A stretch of 63,313 nt of DNA from an uncultured virus (IMG/VR IMGVR_UViG_2199352004_000009). Taxonomy: Duplodnaviria > Heunggongvirae > Uroviricota > Caudoviricetes. Below, piece after piece: positions 38,386-47,111 of this stretch. The translations under genes were made by a program, and so were the position numbers. Each line of letters starts with the position of its first letter. The stretch's first letter is position 1. The stretch is from the IMG/VR virus record IMGVR_UViG_2199352004_000009; one strand, 5' to 3'. The notes beneath the pieces were generated by a model, which worked only from the letters and a program-made list of their open reading frames with translations, was not told where the DNA came from and searched no databases.

Positions 38386-39687
38386 ATGGTTAAGATTATT
38401 GTTGCTGATAGAAAGTATAACAGCGAACATTTGCTAGGGCAGTTTGTTGATGAGAGTCACTATGACTTGTTGGTTGAAGAGGATTGTGACGTTTACATGC
38501 CACTACCTGTTGGTGACGACGAAACATATCCAGAAGATCGTATCGTCTTTAAGTTCCGCAAGAACTACTTTTCCAAAGAACAGCAAGATGCAGCATACGC
38601 TGGCTTGCGTGAAGCTGCAATTGAAACACAGAATCGTGGACTAGCTGCAGGACCACGTGCAGATAAACTTGGTAATCGTGAGTGGGTTACTGAGTACGAG
38701 TACGAAATTGTAGACTACTTCTTGAAGCCTACTGAGAATCTTTTTGGTGAAGATCCAATCGAAGAAATTCGTAAGAAGTACGGCAATAAAAAAGATTCAA
38801 TCTCTAATCGTGCCAACGTTTGGTCTATTGAACGTGTTAAGAAAGAGAAGTTTAAATTCGAAGACTGGGTTAACAAAACTAAACTGTTACCCCAAGAAGA
38901 ACAACAGGCAAGTGCAGCGCATGTAGCTGATAAGTTAATCTGCGCTACTACGTATGCTAACTCTGTAAACTCTGGCATCGCTGGATGGTTCGATCGTTAT
39001 CCACGTATTCCTTATGGTCGTGCCACTGCATATACTTCAAAGAATCCAGAGAAGTTTGCCATGGCATTCCCATTCTTACAAAATCTTGCCAAGGGTTTTA
39101 AAGATCTTCTTCCATGGAGATACAATAACCAAATGGAAGCTGCAAAGAAACTTGATCCTGCATTCTTAGTTCCTGGAACTCCATTCACTACAGTAACTGT
39201 CAATAAGACTTTCCGTACAGCTGCGCATTACGATGCTGGTGACTTGACTTCTGGTTTGTCTAACTTGCTGACATTGTCCAATGATGGTAACTACTCTGGT
39301 GGTTATCTTATTGCACCAGAGTATCGTATTGCTGTAAACGTTCGTCCAGGTGACTTGCTGTTGATTAACAACCATGAAGTTATGCATGGTAATACACCTA
39401 TTGTTTGCCAAGAAGGTTCTGAACGCATTTCCCTAGTTGTTTACTTTAGAGAGAAAATGCTAGAGTTGGGAACTAAAGAGTACGAAGAATGTCGCTTTGA
39501 CTTTGTTGAGTCTCGCAGACTGAATAAAGAACATAAAGAATGGCGTCAACTATGGAACGGTGTTTCACCTAGCATGTGGGACAGCGAAGAATGGTATGAC
39601 TTCTGTGAGCAAAAACTAGGTCGTGATACACTTGAGAAGTATCATCCCGACTCTGTAAAATCAAACTCATTGGAAGGATTCTTTTAA
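38386..39687 (+). CDS. TET/JBP-like 2OG-Fe(II) DNA base dioxygenase
   Basis: FTTVTVN..FRTAAHYDAGD (HxD), GGYL, PGDLLL..NHEVMHGNTP, RISLVVY.R; C-term SLEGFF. Confidence 0.8.
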   Translation: MVKIIVADRKYNSEHLLGQFVDESHYDLLVEEDCDVYMPLPVGDDETYPEDRIVFKFRKNYFSKEQQDAAYAGLREAAIETQNRGLAAGPRADKLGNREWVTEYEYEIVDYFLKPTENLFGEDPIEEIRKKYGNKKDSISNRANVWSIERVKKEKFKFEDWVNKTKLLPQEEQQASAAHVADKLICATTYANSVNSGIAGWFDRYPRIPYGRATAYTSKNPEKFAMAFPFLQNLAKGFKDLLPWRYNNQMEAAKKLDPAFLVPGTPFTTVTVNKTFRTAAHYDAGDLTSGLSNLLTLSNDGNYSGGYLIAPEYRIAVNVRPGDLLLINNHEVMHGNTPIVCQEGSERISLVVYFREKMLELGTKEYEECRFDFVESRRLNKEHKEWRQLWNGVSPSMWDSEEWYDFCEQKLGRDTLEKYHPDSVKSNSLEGFF

Positions 39688-40385
39688 TGTGTTCTATTAT
39701 TGGTGCGATCATCCGTAACCCTACGAGTGATCACTTTGATATGATACGACGTGTATTCCATGAGTCAAAGATTCGTGGAATGCATGCTACAGGAATGTCT
39801 ATATTATTTGATAATAAAATTATGACGTTCAAAGAACCTGTCTCTGCAGACAAGTTTGTTCATTTAGATTCTTTGGAGGAAATGGTAAATCATGACGGTA
39901 CTTTATATCTTATTGGTCATTGTCGTTACAGCACTAGCGATCTGGAATATAATCAACCCCTAGCAAACGAGGAATGTTCTATCGTACACAACGGTGTTGT
40001 TACACAAGAACTACCTGAGAACTGGAAGACTTTGTTTCCTGAATATGTTTGTGAAACTAAAAATGATAGTGAATTGATTTTACACTCACCTTCACCATTA
40101 GAAGAATTCCCTGATTCTTCTATTGCTGCATGTGAGTTATGGGCTGATAAAAAACTAATTACATATCGTAATGGTAAGCGTCCATTATATTTGACTTCTA
40201 TGCTAGATGGATGTATAATTACTTCTACAACTAATATTGCAAGACGAGCAGGAGTCGATGGTGTTACTATGGAAGTTCCCATGAACACTTATATGACTAT
40301 TGATTCTAGTCTTACATTCGATATGCAAATAGTAAAGACAAATAAACGAGACTTACAAAGGGTTGATTATGAATTATCCGTCTAA
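39687..40385 (+). CDS. Class II (Ntn) glutamine amidotransferase
   Basis: N-terminal MC nucleophile, RG.HATG, GHCRYST, NQP, HNG, NDSE. Confidence 0.88.
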   Translation: MCSIIGAIIRNPTSDHFDMIRRVFHESKIRGMHATGMSILFDNKIMTFKEPVSADKFVHLDSLEEMVNHDGTLYLIGHCRYSTSDLEYNQPLANEECSIVHNGVVTQELPENWKTLFPEYVCETKNDSELILHSPSPLEEFPDSSIAACELWADKKLITYRNGKRPLYLTSMLDGCIITSTTNIARRAGVDGVTMEVPMNTYMTIDSSLTFDMQIVKTNKRDLQRVDYELSV

Positions 40386-41244
40386 CAAATACACATGGGG
40401 CTATGAGATTGAATGGGGTGATGTAGATCGTAGACTAGTCGTTCCCGAACATCTTGGTAAGTGGGAATTCGCTGAAACTGATATTGTAAACATTCATGAA
40501 CCTTTTAAATATATCGCTTGTGATCCTCTTGGTACTGATCCATACATGGGTGGTGAGATTAACACTAAGCCAACTAATACTTGGCAAGAACAAGTGGATC
40601 GAGTCATGGAGATACATAGCTTCTTTGCTGATGCTGGCAATAAGCCTTCTGCTTCTTGTGTAAACCATGGTCACCTTCATGTGTTTGTTCCTGGTCTTAA
40701 AGATGATGTAGCTACACTTAAGAAGTTAGTCTCTTATATCAAAGCCAATCAAACAGATACTATTGAAGCATGCTATGGTTTCTACGAAGCATCTCAAATG
40801 AAATCATGCAAGGGTGCTAAGATGTATCTCAAGTATGACGGCGGACGAGAAATGCCAGAATATATGTGTGACAATATCGTCAATCTGGCAACAGACTTTG
40901 AACACTTTATCAAGTTGCATGCTGCTGGCAAAGATGGTGTATCAATGGGTCGTCCATTCCGATACGCCATCAATACATACTGCATGAAGCATACTGGTAC
41001 TATCGAGTTCCGTTGTTTCCGCTCAACAACTAAGCGTGACGAGATGGAAGCCCAGTTCCGTTTTGCCGAGAAGTTTATTGAAGCTGCATTGAACGATGGA
41101 CCAAGCGTCAAAGAAATCCTTGCTGCAGATAACTATAAGTTCCCTCCATTCGTATGGGATCTTAATGAGTATGTTGGTTGGGAAAAGACAAAGTGGGATA
41201 AAGAACGTGGTAACAAACAACGCGAATACCTTGCTGTTGCGTAA
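40369..41244 (+). CDS. Putative amidoligase (COOH-NH2 ligase, glutamate-cysteine ligase/GS fold)
   Basis: GYEIE, GGEINT, HGHLHV, GTIEFR motifs. Confidence 0.7.
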   Translation: MNYPSNKYTWGYEIEWGDVDRRLVVPEHLGKWEFAETDIVNIHEPFKYIACDPLGTDPYMGGEINTKPTNTWQEQVDRVMEIHSFFADAGNKPSASCVNHGHLHVFVPGLKDDVATLKKLVSYIKANQTDTIEACYGFYEASQMKSCKGAKMYLKYDGGREMPEYMCDNIVNLATDFEHFIKLHAAGKDGVSMGRPFRYAINTYCMKHTGTIEFRCFRSTTKRDEMEAQFRFAEKFIEAALNDGPSVKEILAADNYKFPPFVWDLNEYVGWEKTKWDKERGNKQREYLAVA

Positions 41245-41773
41245 ATGCACCCGAGACGAATTCGTAGCAGCAATCACTGATGATAAAGCTGACGGTTTCG
41301 CCAAGACATTCAGAGCCAAAGCAGATATGCAGGATCAATGGGATGAATGTCTTGGTGCCTTTAATGCTGACGGTGAGCTCATGGGTGCAATCATTACCAC
41401 TCTTGGAAAGACTAATCCCCGTGTGGCAAACCTACAGCTGCTACATACTTTTGCTAAACATAGACGTAAGGGTATAGGAAAGCAATTGACCTTAGCTTCT
41501 TATAACGATGTCGTTTCCCGTGGATCAGTATACTTTAGAGTGTCTGCGGAGCCTGATGCTGTAGTGTTTTATGAGAGTATTGGGTTTAAGTTCTGGGGTT
41601 TACAAAAGTCTGGATGTAGTTTGAGTATGTTTAAAGTTGTTGGTAGTATCAATGAAGGACTTTACAACGATGCTGATCCAATCTTACAACGAGCATTATA
41701 CAGTGGACGCAAGGGAAGTCTTGCATCGTCATATAAAGAAACACAGCCAGTTGACTTAGCATCTTTTATATAA
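41231..41773 (+). CDS. GNAT acyltransferase (start uncertain: 41207 or 41231)
   Basis: HRRKGIGKQL acetyl-CoA loop, AVVFYESIGF. Confidence 0.82.
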   Translation: MLLRKCTRDEFVAAITDDKADGFAKTFRAKADMQDQWDECLGAFNADGELMGAIITTLGKTNPRVANLQLLHTFAKHRRKGIGKQLTLASYNDVVSRGSVYFRVSAEPDAVVFYESIGFKFWGLQKSGCSLSMFKVVGSINEGLYNDADPILQRALYSGRKGSLASSYKETQPVDLASFI

Positions 41774-41775
41774 TT

Positions 41776-42795
41776 ATGGATTACAGACTAAAAGAAAATC
41801 GTCGTGAAGCATTCATCCGCTGGTACGCATGGTCATTGAAGTATGATGACTGCGATCCAGCTGTATGGGCTACTAACTATCTCAACAAACGCTACGAGCA
41901 CAACGATGAGCAACGACTCTGGCTTTGCTGGCTCTATGGAAATACATACCACTTACCAACTGCATGGGTTCTGATGAACGAGTTCCCTGACTTTGAGTTG
42001 GCAACAGTTGATCGTATGCAGCAGTGGAACACTACTAATTACAAGCGACTGCGATATCAAACAGATACAAAGTGGAACAAAGGTCACTTACCTACCATGT
42101 TTGCTTCATATCAGAAGTTTATTGGTGGCAAATCTCAACGTGAAGTTATGGAGGCTCATTATGGAGACAACGAGGAAAAGTCATTTGATAATTTGTGGGA
42201 AAGTGCTAAGACACAGCTGCATAAATTTGGTCGTTATTCTACTTGGTTTTATCTTCAGCATCTTAAGCATACCGCTGATGTTCGGATTAGCCCTACTAGT
42301 CTCATGCTTGACGATTATGATGGGTCTCGCTCTCACCGTAATGGGTTGCATCTTGCCCTCGGCGAAGATGACAAGTACGATCAGAAACTGGACAGAGCAG
42401 CTTATGTATCTCTTGAAAGTCAAGCCAGAGAAATCTTAGAAGAAACCATCAGAAGATTCCCTGAGTTAAAGAATCAAGTTGACTTCTTTACAATGGAAAC
42501 CTGCCTGTGTTCTTTCAAGAAGATCTTTAGAGAAAAGCATGGTCGTTATCTTGGTTACTATCTTGATCGTCAAGCTGAAGAAGTTATGCAATGCGAGAAA
42601 GATGGTTGGTACGGTATCGATTGGGATGTTCTATGGCAAGCTAGAAACGAAACTATTGACCTTCGCTTAGACCATAAACGAGGAATCAATAAAGAAAAGT
42701 ATCCTAACTTTATTAGATCAGGTAGAATAGAAAACTTAGACTGGTTCTTTGATGATGAAGAGCCTCAACATATTGGATTGGAGATGTTTGGATGA
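41776..42795 (+). CDS. Amino acid:DNA transferase (alpha-glutamyl/putrescinyl thymine pyrophosphorylase-like)
   Basis: FGRYSTWFYL (HhH-glycosylase-like), METCLCSFKK (ExxLCxxK), GRYLGYY; adjacent to a P-loop kinase. Confidence 0.75.
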   Translation: MDYRLKENRREAFIRWYAWSLKYDDCDPAVWATNYLNKRYEHNDEQRLWLCWLYGNTYHLPTAWVLMNEFPDFELATVDRMQQWNTTNYKRLRYQTDTKWNKGHLPTMFASYQKFIGGKSQREVMEAHYGDNEEKSFDNLWESAKTQLHKFGRYSTWFYLQHLKHTADVRISPTSLMLDDYDGSRSHRNGLHLALGEDDKYDQKLDRAAYVSLESQAREILEETIRRFPELKNQVDFFTMETCLCSFKKIFREKHGRYLGYYLDRQAEEVMQCEKDGWYGIDWDVLWQARNETIDLRLDHKRGINKEKYPNFIRSGRIENLDWFFDDEEPQHIGLEMFG

Positions 42796-43331
42796 AAAAG
42801 ATTATTGCTGTTGGTGGTCAACCAGGAACTGGTAAAACTACTCTTTTCCGTAAGTTTATCGATAACTACGATTGGAATAAGTGCGAGCCTAAGAAACTAC
42901 TCAATGCTATGTATTGCGAAGAGATCGATACTTATGTCTTAGGTAAGTACGAGGACGGAGAAACCTTTGCTGGAACTGATCGCTTATCAATGGCAGTCCA
43001 ACCAGCAGCGCAAGAGTTTGTAGCTGGTACTAAGTGCAATGTCCTATTCGAAGGCGATAGAATCTTCAATCAATCCTTTTTGGAGTTCTGCATGGCTCTG
43101 CCCAACAGAGACTTGCAAGTTGTATATCTAAAGGTTCCTGATACTATGCTTAAGGAACGATATGCCGAACGTGGCTCTGATCAGTCGGAGGTTTTCCTAA
43201 AAGGCAGGGCGACTAAATATAGTAATCTGCTTTCAAATTTTGAATTGATGTCCTATATTACTGAGTTTGCAAACACTAACTTAGAGGAGCAAGCGAAGGT
43301 TCTAGCGTTTCTGGATTCCCATCTAGCATAG
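42792..43331 (+). CDS. P-loop kinase, 5-hydroxymethylpyrimidine DNA kinase-like
   Basis: GGQPGTGKTT, LGKY...FAGTDRLSM, FEGDR, R..ERGS.Q. Confidence 0.75.
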   Translation: MKKIIAVGGQPGTGKTTLFRKFIDNYDWNKCEPKKLLNAMYCEEIDTYVLGKYEDGETFAGTDRLSMAVQPAAQEFVAGTKCNVLFEGDRIFNQSFLEFCMALPNRDLQVVYLKVPDTMLKERYAERGSDQSEVFLKGRATKYSNLLSNFELMSYITEFANTNLEEQAKVLAFLDSHLA

Positions 43332-43353
43332 CGTAAGAGTCTTCTGGAATACG

Positions 43354-44061
43354 ATGAAATTCCTAGAAGAAGCTAATTTCAATTGGATGGATATGCTCAA
43401 TTTTCATGAGCGTCCATTTAGGGCTAAATTCATCCCCGCAAAAGTTTGGAAAGATCTAGATCGTTATAAGAATGATGAACGGGGTCTTTCCAATTATTTT
43501 AAAAAGTGGCGAACTCGGCTAGAGTTTACGCCTGAGATATCTAAAGCCAAAATATACGAGAAGTATATTGCTGTTGGCGGAGAATACGACCCTGATGTGC
43601 GTCAATGTGTTCTACAGATTCGAACTATATACTACGATACATTCCCCTTTACTCCTCCTACATGGGACAGGTTTAAGTATAAACTTATACAGGTTCTTAT
43701 GCATGAGATCATTCACTTTATGCAGTTTGATCGTCGTGGAGATGAGTGGAGTAACTACATAGTTCCATATAAAAAAATTGGTAAACAACAAGTAGATGAT
43801 GAGCGACAATATCTATCTGGTTTTGATGAGATCCAAGCCTATGCTCATTGCGTATGGATAGATTATAGATCTTTTCGTCCAAAATTTTCCATAGAAGATC
43901 TGCTTGCTCGTTCAAACACAAGTCACGATTCCAGCACCCTACGATATTTTCTTAAAACCTTCAACTACGACTATCGTAACAATGAAGCTATCCCTAAGAT
44001 TATTCAGCAAATAGGTAAATGGGAGCGTAAGTATCATCGTGTGCTGAAGAAGCCTAAATAA
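43354..44061 (+). CDS. HEXXH zincin-like hypothetical protein
   Basis: LMHEIIHFMQ...YL...DEIQAYA. Confidence 0.7.
   Translation: MKFLEEANFNWMDMLNFHERPFRAKFIPAKVWKDLDRYKNDERGLSNYFKKWRTRLEFTPEISKAKIYEKYIAVGGEYDPDVRQCVLQIRTIYYDTFPFTPPTWDRFKYKLIQVLMHEIIHFMQFDRRGDEWSNYIVPYKKIGKQQVDDERQYLSGFDEIQAYAHCVWIDYRSFRPKFSIEDLLARSNTSHDSSTLRYFLKTFNYDYRNNEAIPKIIQQIGKWERKYHRVLKKPK
44053..44060 (+). promoter_or_regulatory. Late promoter (CCTAAATA)
   Basis: TAAATA core upstream of 44087. Confidence 0.55.
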
Positions 44062-44086
44062 TAGGTTATAACTATCAGGTTACACT

Positions 44087-45001
44087 ATGGCTACTGCTAA
44101 TACAATTCTATCCGACATTAATGAAATCCAGACAGGATATTTCCTAGCTGGAGAAAAATGGTTTGATAACGACGCAAAAGAACAATTCAATATGCGTGCC
44201 AAACAAGCCACGCCCGCAGAGGTAGCTGATGCTATTGGTAAAGCTAGGGTAATGGCACAAGAGTTTATCGTATGGGCTAAAGCCAATGGATATAAGACAC
44301 CTATTAGAGATGTTTGGTGGACTGCTAGACCAAACTCTATGACTAGAGCAGTTGGCTATCCAGTCGACCAGAAAAAGAATCCAACTGACGTACTAGTTAA
44401 ATTTACATCAGGACCATCTGACGGTTTCCTTGGATTGTCTGCTAAAGCTACGCAAGGTAGCGGTGATATTGGATTTAAAAATCCAGGACTAGGTACTGTT
44501 GATAGAAACTTAAATATGAAGTTGGCTCAAGAATACGACAACCAACTTAAACAAACTATTAGAAAATTTGCATTACCTGAAGCCTCTGCTGCACGAAAGT
44601 TACACATTCGTTCTAATCCAGGTATAAAGAAACAAACTGAAGAAATCGGTGTTCAGATTTTAGCTGCAATGCGTGATGAATTGTTAGTTCGTCTAAACAA
44701 ATTCAAACAACCTGAACTAATAAAGTATCTACTAAGTGACTGGATGGATGCGGAGATCGTCAAGCCACCTTACATCAAAGTCACTGGTCAAGGTAACAAA
44801 GAACCATACAGAGCAGTTGCAATGGATCCAACAAAGAATGAAAAGTTGGACGCACTAGCAAAATATAAAGTCACTCTTGAAAAAACAGGCAATGAGTCTA
44901 TTGGCGTCAAGGCAGGTGAAAAGAAAATCATGAAGATCCGTTTCAAATTCGAATCAGAAAAGATGGCATCTTCAGTAAAACTATCTGGAGATCCATGGTA
45001 A
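44087..45001 (+). CDS. Putative PD-(D/E)XK restriction-like nuclease
   Basis: N-terminal DINE helix, PTDVLV...GLSAK (D...SxK variant). Confidence 0.55.
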   Translation: MATANTILSDINEIQTGYFLAGEKWFDNDAKEQFNMRAKQATPAEVADAIGKARVMAQEFIVWAKANGYKTPIRDVWWTARPNSMTRAVGYPVDQKKNPTDVLVKFTSGPSDGFLGLSAKATQGSGDIGFKNPGLGTVDRNLNMKLAQEYDNQLKQTIRKFALPEASAARKLHIRSNPGIKKQTEEIGVQILAAMRDELLVRLNKFKQPELIKYLLSDWMDAEIVKPPYIKVTGQGNKEPYRAVAMDPTKNEKLDALAKYKVTLEKTGNESIGVKAGEKKIMKIRFKFESEKMASSVKLSGDPW

Positions 45002-46230
45002 TGAAATCATTAAAGTCCTTTATCATTGAGGAAAAGAATACTCATATGGAGCACCTTGAAGACCTAGTCTTCAATGAAGGTGTTGCTGGCGCCCGCAAAG
45101 CTATCAATTTCTTGCGTGACCTTCGCGATATGCTTGCTGGTAACTCTACTTCTAAGATCACTGCCACTGTTAAGTGGGATGGCGCACCAGCTATCTTTGC
45201 TGGTATAGATCCAAGAGATGGAAAGTTCTTTGTAGCTAAGAAAGGTATCTTCAACAAAGAGCCTAAAGTATACAAGACCGCAGCTGAAATTGACGCTGAA
45301 CTATCTGGTGATCTAGCAGACAAGTTTAAAATTGCACTCTCGGAGTTCTCGAAACTAGGCATCAAGTCTGGTGTTTATCAAGGTGACCTTATGTTCACCG
45401 ATGATAAAAAGATCGAGACTATTGATGGTGAGAAGTACGTAACCTTCCATCCAAACACTATTGTTTACGCTATCCCTTACTCTAGCGAACTAGGTGCTAA
45501 GATTCGTTCAGCTAAGATTGGTATCGTTTGGCACACTACCTACGAAGGTAAATCTTTTGAGACTATGTCAGCATCCTTTGGTAAAGGTATCGTAGAAAAG
45601 TTCAAGGATGTTTCTACCATATGGATGGATGATGCAAACTATAAAGACTATTCTGGAACTGCAACGTTTACTAAGTCAGAGACTGCTGCAGTAACTAAAA
45701 TGCTTTCTGATGTAGGTTCCATGTTTCAATCAATGAACCCACTAACCCTCAACGCAATCTCCCGTGATGAAGATCTATTGATGCAGGTTAAGACCTACAA
45801 CAACTCCAAGATCAAAGCCAACACACCAATCACTGACATCAATGCACATGTCACTGGACTTTTCAATTATATTCATGACAAGTTCCAGAAGGAAATTGAT
45901 ACCAAGAAGACTCAAAAGGGTAAAGACGTTCAAGAAGAAAAGCGTAAGAAGATTCTGGCATTCTTTGCCAATCACGACAAGCGTGAGATCGTTAAGATCT
46001 TTGAGATAGCCGAGAAGCTAACAGCCATCAAGGAAATGATTATTAACAAGATGAACGAAGCTGGTCATATCTCTACCTTTATTAAGACTGCTTCTGGATT
46101 CAAAGTTACTGGCGTAGAAGGTTTCGTGGCAATTGATCACCTATCAGGTGGTGCTGTTAAGATTGTTAATCGTATGGAATTTAGTAAAGCTAACTTCTCT
46201 TCCGATGTTATTAAAGGATGGCAGAGATGA
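45001..46230 (+). CDS. Ligase-fold nucleotidyltransferase-like protein (DUF6267-like)
   Basis: HMEHLED, VKWDGAPA (KxDG), QGDLMF, EGFVA, VKIVNR. Confidence 0.72.
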   Translation: MKSLKSFIIEEKNTHMEHLEDLVFNEGVAGARKAINFLRDLRDMLAGNSTSKITATVKWDGAPAIFAGIDPRDGKFFVAKKGIFNKEPKVYKTAAEIDAELSGDLADKFKIALSEFSKLGIKSGVYQGDLMFTDDKKIETIDGEKYVTFHPNTIVYAIPYSSELGAKIRSAKIGIVWHTTYEGKSFETMSASFGKGIVEKFKDVSTIWMDDANYKDYSGTATFTKSETAAVTKMLSDVGSMFQSMNPLTLNAISRDEDLLMQVKTYNNSKIKANTPITDINAHVTGLFNYIHDKFQKEIDTKKTQKGKDVQEEKRKKILAFFANHDKREIVKIFEIAEKLTAIKEMIINKMNEAGHISTFIKTASGFKVTGVEGFVAIDHLSGGAVKIVNRMEFSKANFSSDVIKGWQR

Positions 46231-47111
46231 GCGAATTAAATGATTTTCTGAAACTAATGGCAGAGGGTAAAAAGAAAGACCCAGTTGCCATTCGTTCTCA
46301 GGAAATCAAAGAAAACATCAAGACAGATCTGGGAAGTTTATTCTCAGAGATATCTATCATCAAGAGTCAAGATCCTAAGGTTCAGAAAACTAAAGAGATC
46401 AAGAGTCAACTCAAAGAAAAACTTGAGTTCGATCTGAATGATGTTTTCGCAGAACTATCTTCTCTAAAGAAGCAGAAAGAAGAACTTGAAACAGTAGTTG
46501 AACCTATCGTTGAAGAAGTTCTTATTGAAGTTGCTCCACTACCAACACCTATCGGAGTTGTCCCACCTGCTGCACAACTGCCAGATGTTGCATCATATCT
46601 GCCACCGCAGAAACAAGAACCAGATGTCACGCAACGTGATATTAAAACTGTAAAGGACAAGATTAAATTTCTTGAACAGTGGATTAGTAAGATTCAAAAT
46701 GCTGGTCCAGGTGGTGGTGAAGTAAACCTTCGCTATCTAGACGACGTTGCAAGAGAAACAATCTCTGATGGTCGTTGGTTAAAGTATGATGGTGCTCGCA
46801 AGAAATTTGTATTTGATGACATCAATCCATATGAAGTTGTATATAATACAACTGAAGTGACTACTACAACTTATACTGTTCAGGATACTGATTACTACAT
46901 TGGTGTCAACTATGCTGGTCCAGTTACCATAACCCTACCAACATCTGCAAATTCTGGTCGTATGTTGATCATCAAAGATGAAGATGGTGATGCAGAAACA
47001 AACCCTATTACTGTCCTCGGCAATGTTGACAATGATGCTGGCGGATTTATAATTCAAATTAACAATGGTGCCATTCAGATGATATATCGCAATGGCTGGA
47101 GAATCGTATGA
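46227..47111 (+). CDS. Hypothetical virion protein
   Basis: Coiled coil, GGGEVNLRYLDDV, VTITLP...G..LIIKDE tail-fibre-like C-domain. Confidence 0.7.
   Translation: MSELNDFLKLMAEGKKKDPVAIRSQEIKENIKTDLGSLFSEISIIKSQDPKVQKTKEIKSQLKEKLEFDLNDVFAELSSLKKQKEELETVVEPIVEEVLIEVAPLPTPIGVVPPAAQLPDVASYLPPQKQEPDVTQRDIKTVKDKIKFLEQWISKIQNAGPGGGEVNLRYLDDVARETISDGRWLKYDGARKKFVFDDINPYEVVYNTTEVTTTTYTVQDTDYYIGVNYAGPVTITLPTSANSGRMLIIKDEDGDAETNPITVLGNVDNDAGGFIIQINNGAIQMIYRNGWRIV

Noticed and set aside
41096..41206. Upstream part of the 225-aa GNAT ORF
   Set aside because: Deep overlap with the amidoligase; the GNAT-like sequence starts near 41207-41231
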